This document shows positions 62,280-64,000 of a stretch of DNA of 64,000 nucleotides, piece after piece. A program made the position numbers and the translations under genes. Below the pieces are notes generated by a model. It worked only from the letters and a program-made list of their open reading frames with translations. It was not told the DNA's origin and did no database searches. This DNA is from Lama guanicoe (lineage: Eukaryota). Position 1 is the stretch's first letter. Each line of letters starts with the position of its first letter. The stretch spans positions 3,214,677 to 3,278,676 of the forward strand of contig MU054117.1 in NCBI GenBank assembly GCA_013239625.1, given 5' to 3'.

Positions 62280-62972
62280 GTGGGTGAATCTGGGTTAGCC
62301 CAGTGCAGTCATAGGTAATTCCATCCCCCTTATCTGCACTGAAGACTGGGAATGTAATTGAATTCTGGACGATGACATGAAAGGGGATGTCTGCAAAGAG
62401 GATTCTAGAAAATTCTAGAATTCATCTCTTTCCTCAAAAAGAGAGAAAATTGACTCTTCCGTTTGTCTGCCTCTAAATGAGACTCCACTAGGAGGCATGG
62501 ACCTAAGCGGCTGCAGCCACTTTGTGACCATGAGGCGAAAAGCCTGAGGGCAAAAATCAACCTGCTAAGGATGGTAGAACAGAAAGAGGGAAGGAAGGGG
62601 AGGATTCAGCTCAACGGTGGAGTGCGCGCCTAGAAAGCACAAGGTCCAGGGTTCGATCCCTAGTACTCCATCAAAATAAATAAATAAATCCTAACTACCT
62701 CCCCTACCTTGCCCCCACCAAAGGCACATACAGTGCTGTATGTTGATTATATCTCAACAAAACTAGAAGGGAAAAATAAAGAAATATTTTAAAAATTTTT
62801 AAAAAGAGAGAAGGAATCTGGGTTTCCGATGATACTGAGCCATCAAATTACCCACCTCCAGAAATGATCTCAGGACTTGTCACCGCGTGTTGATAGACAT
62901 CCTCCTTACTTCAGCCCTTTGAGTCAGGGTCTCGAGAGGTGCTTGCTGCGCCAAGCATTTCAACCAATACAC
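62280..62972 (+). mobile_element. Old MaLR LTR (MLT1J/K-like) interrupted by a SINE
   Basis: ggctgcagccactttgtgaccatgagg...ctaaggatggtagaacagaaaga[insert]aaggaatctgggtttccgatgat...ttcagccctttgagtcaggg...ccaataca. Confidence 0.75.
62597..62802 (+). mobile_element. Vic-1-like SINE fused to an L1-like 3' terminus, single TSD
   Basis: SINE 62597-62720, then catacagtgctgtatgttgattatatctcaacaaaactagaag and an A-rich tail. TSD aaagag(g/a)gaaggaa at 62583-62596 and 62803-62816. Confidence 0.85.
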
Positions 62973-63399
62973 CATCTGTGCAGATAAATAGTTACACGAC
63001 AGAGACGACAATAAAGCCATGAGAGTGTAAAGGTCAAGGGCGTGGGCGGGGGTAAAAGTGATGTGGGAGGCCAGTGGTTAAGGATGAGAGAGGGAAAGAA
63101 GAGGAAGGAGGCAGAGGGAGAGCACCGTCAGGGGCGGGAGGGAGTCAGAACCTCTAAGTTGTGCAAGTTCACGGAATGCCAGGGTCAAGAAAAATTACTC
63201 AGTAAGTGGAAGGAAATGTGTGCAGAAATCCGTGACAGTTGCTGGGGGCAGAAAGCAGTGGGAAGAGGGGGCGGGATGGCTACTTGTCAGCTGACTAACG
63301 AGTGGCAGGACCGGTTGCCTGTCTGACAACTGTTGCATGGTGGCCGGGCGACCCCAGGGTCCACGACTTGGGGAGCTTTGGCCCTCGGGGTGAGAAAGA

Positions 63400-63414
63400 A
63401 GCGCCCCCTGCAGG
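63400..63414 (-). promoter_or_regulatory. Candidate CTCF site
   Basis: Minus strand reads CCTGCAGGGGGCGCT, close to the CTCF core CCASYAGRKGGCRS. Confidence 0.45.
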
Positions 63415-63722
63415 TAGGGAAGCCACACGCCCAGAGCCTCTGGGGCAGCAGCTTCACAGAACGCTGCCCGTTGTCAGACTAGGAGCCCTGACACCTGGTC
63501 CCGACCTATCTTCTGTAGACAGAACGTGAAACGCAGAGCTGTGTTTATCGGCGGTGACTTGAGAGAAATCACTTTGTTGCTTTCTTGTTTCCAGCACAGG
63601 GAGCAGCCCTGCTCCCGGCCCTCCCCCTCCTCCTCCTTCCTTCCTCCAAGCCCCTTTGGCGCCCGGCGTCCCCTGTGCTTCCCGCCTCCCATCACAGGGT
63701 TCCCTCCCCTTGGCGTCCTTAC

Positions 63723-63895
63723 TTCTCTGCGCATCTCTGCGCGCTCAGGTTTCTCTTCCTGTCCTTCGAGACTGTCACATCCTCGGGGGTGCCCTCCACA
63801 GCACCCCGGGCGGACGTTCTCTCTGGCACTTGGCTTGAACTTCTGTTCTTCTAAGCTGGGGCGGCGGAGAAGCATTTGGGGGCATCTGTGGTCTC
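63723..63895 (-). pseudogene. Candidate exon A (173 nt, phase 1->0)
   Basis: Acceptor gggttcttgtttccag|GA, donor GAA|gtaagg. Only one frame is open: DHRCPQMLLRRPSLEEQKFKPSARENVRPGCCGGHPRGCDSLEGQEEKPERAEMRRE. Confidence 0.55.
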
Positions 63896-64000
63896 CTGGA
63901 AACAAGAACCCAGACCCAGGAAGAAATTTACCTGCACAAATAAAGGCCGGGTGGCCAGCGGTCTGTCCCACGTGTGAGCAGAGGGTGGGCCTGGGGGAAG

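Larger units (their letters stand above)
4260..63895 (-). pseudogene. Putative decayed multi-exon gene (unitary pseudogene or lncRNA), 5' end outside window; identity unknown
   Basis: More than 12 segments bounded by pyrimidine-tract AG acceptors and GT donors, all on the minus strand. Junction phases are compatible across 63.7-54.9 kb. There are in-frame stops and frameshifts, and a terminal-exon-like segment with AATAAA at 4280-4285. Exons were found by eye. Confidence 0.55.

Noticed and set aside
4260..63895. Naming the relic gene (considered C1orf127/CIROZ, C1orf94, C10orf90, KIAA1755, AKNAD1, ITPRID1, CPHX and NANOGNB from memory)
   Set aside because: None of the reconstructed peptides matched my recollection of these proteins, so no symbol is assigned without a search.
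1..64000. CRISPR array, operon or other prokaryotic or phage system
   Set aside because: No regularly spaced repeat-spacer array and no dense ORF packing. The sequence is mammalian, with LINEs, SINEs and LTRs.

Overview
Mammalian genomic DNA, GC-rich and repeat-rich. It is very probably camelid, because it carries six copies of a tRNA-Ala-derived SINE matching the camelid Vic-1 family. There are no prokaryotic features. Recognisable repeats include young and old LINE-1 3' fragments, L2, MIR, MaLR/ERVL LTRs and hAT/Tigger DNA-transposon fossils, several nested or with clear target-site duplications (TSDs). I recognise no known intact protein-coding gene, and the ORF track is mostly GC-rich or repeat-derived noise. 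The main non-repeat signal is a chain of splice-site-bounded segments, all on the minus strand, running from about 63.9 kb to a putative terminal exon and AATAAA at about 4.3 kb. Five consecutive exons (63.7-54.9 kb) join in register into one reading frame interrupted by premature stops. This is best read as a decaying multi-exon gene (unitary pseudogene or pseudogene-derived lncRNA) whose 5' end lies beyond the window and whose identity I cannot name. Smaller oddities: a 45-bp locally templated insertion, a SINE/L1-tail chimera inside one TSD, a 36-bp AT palindrome, a 127-bp old tandem duplication and a CpG-rich old L1. Repeat family names come from recalled consensus sequences, not from a database search.
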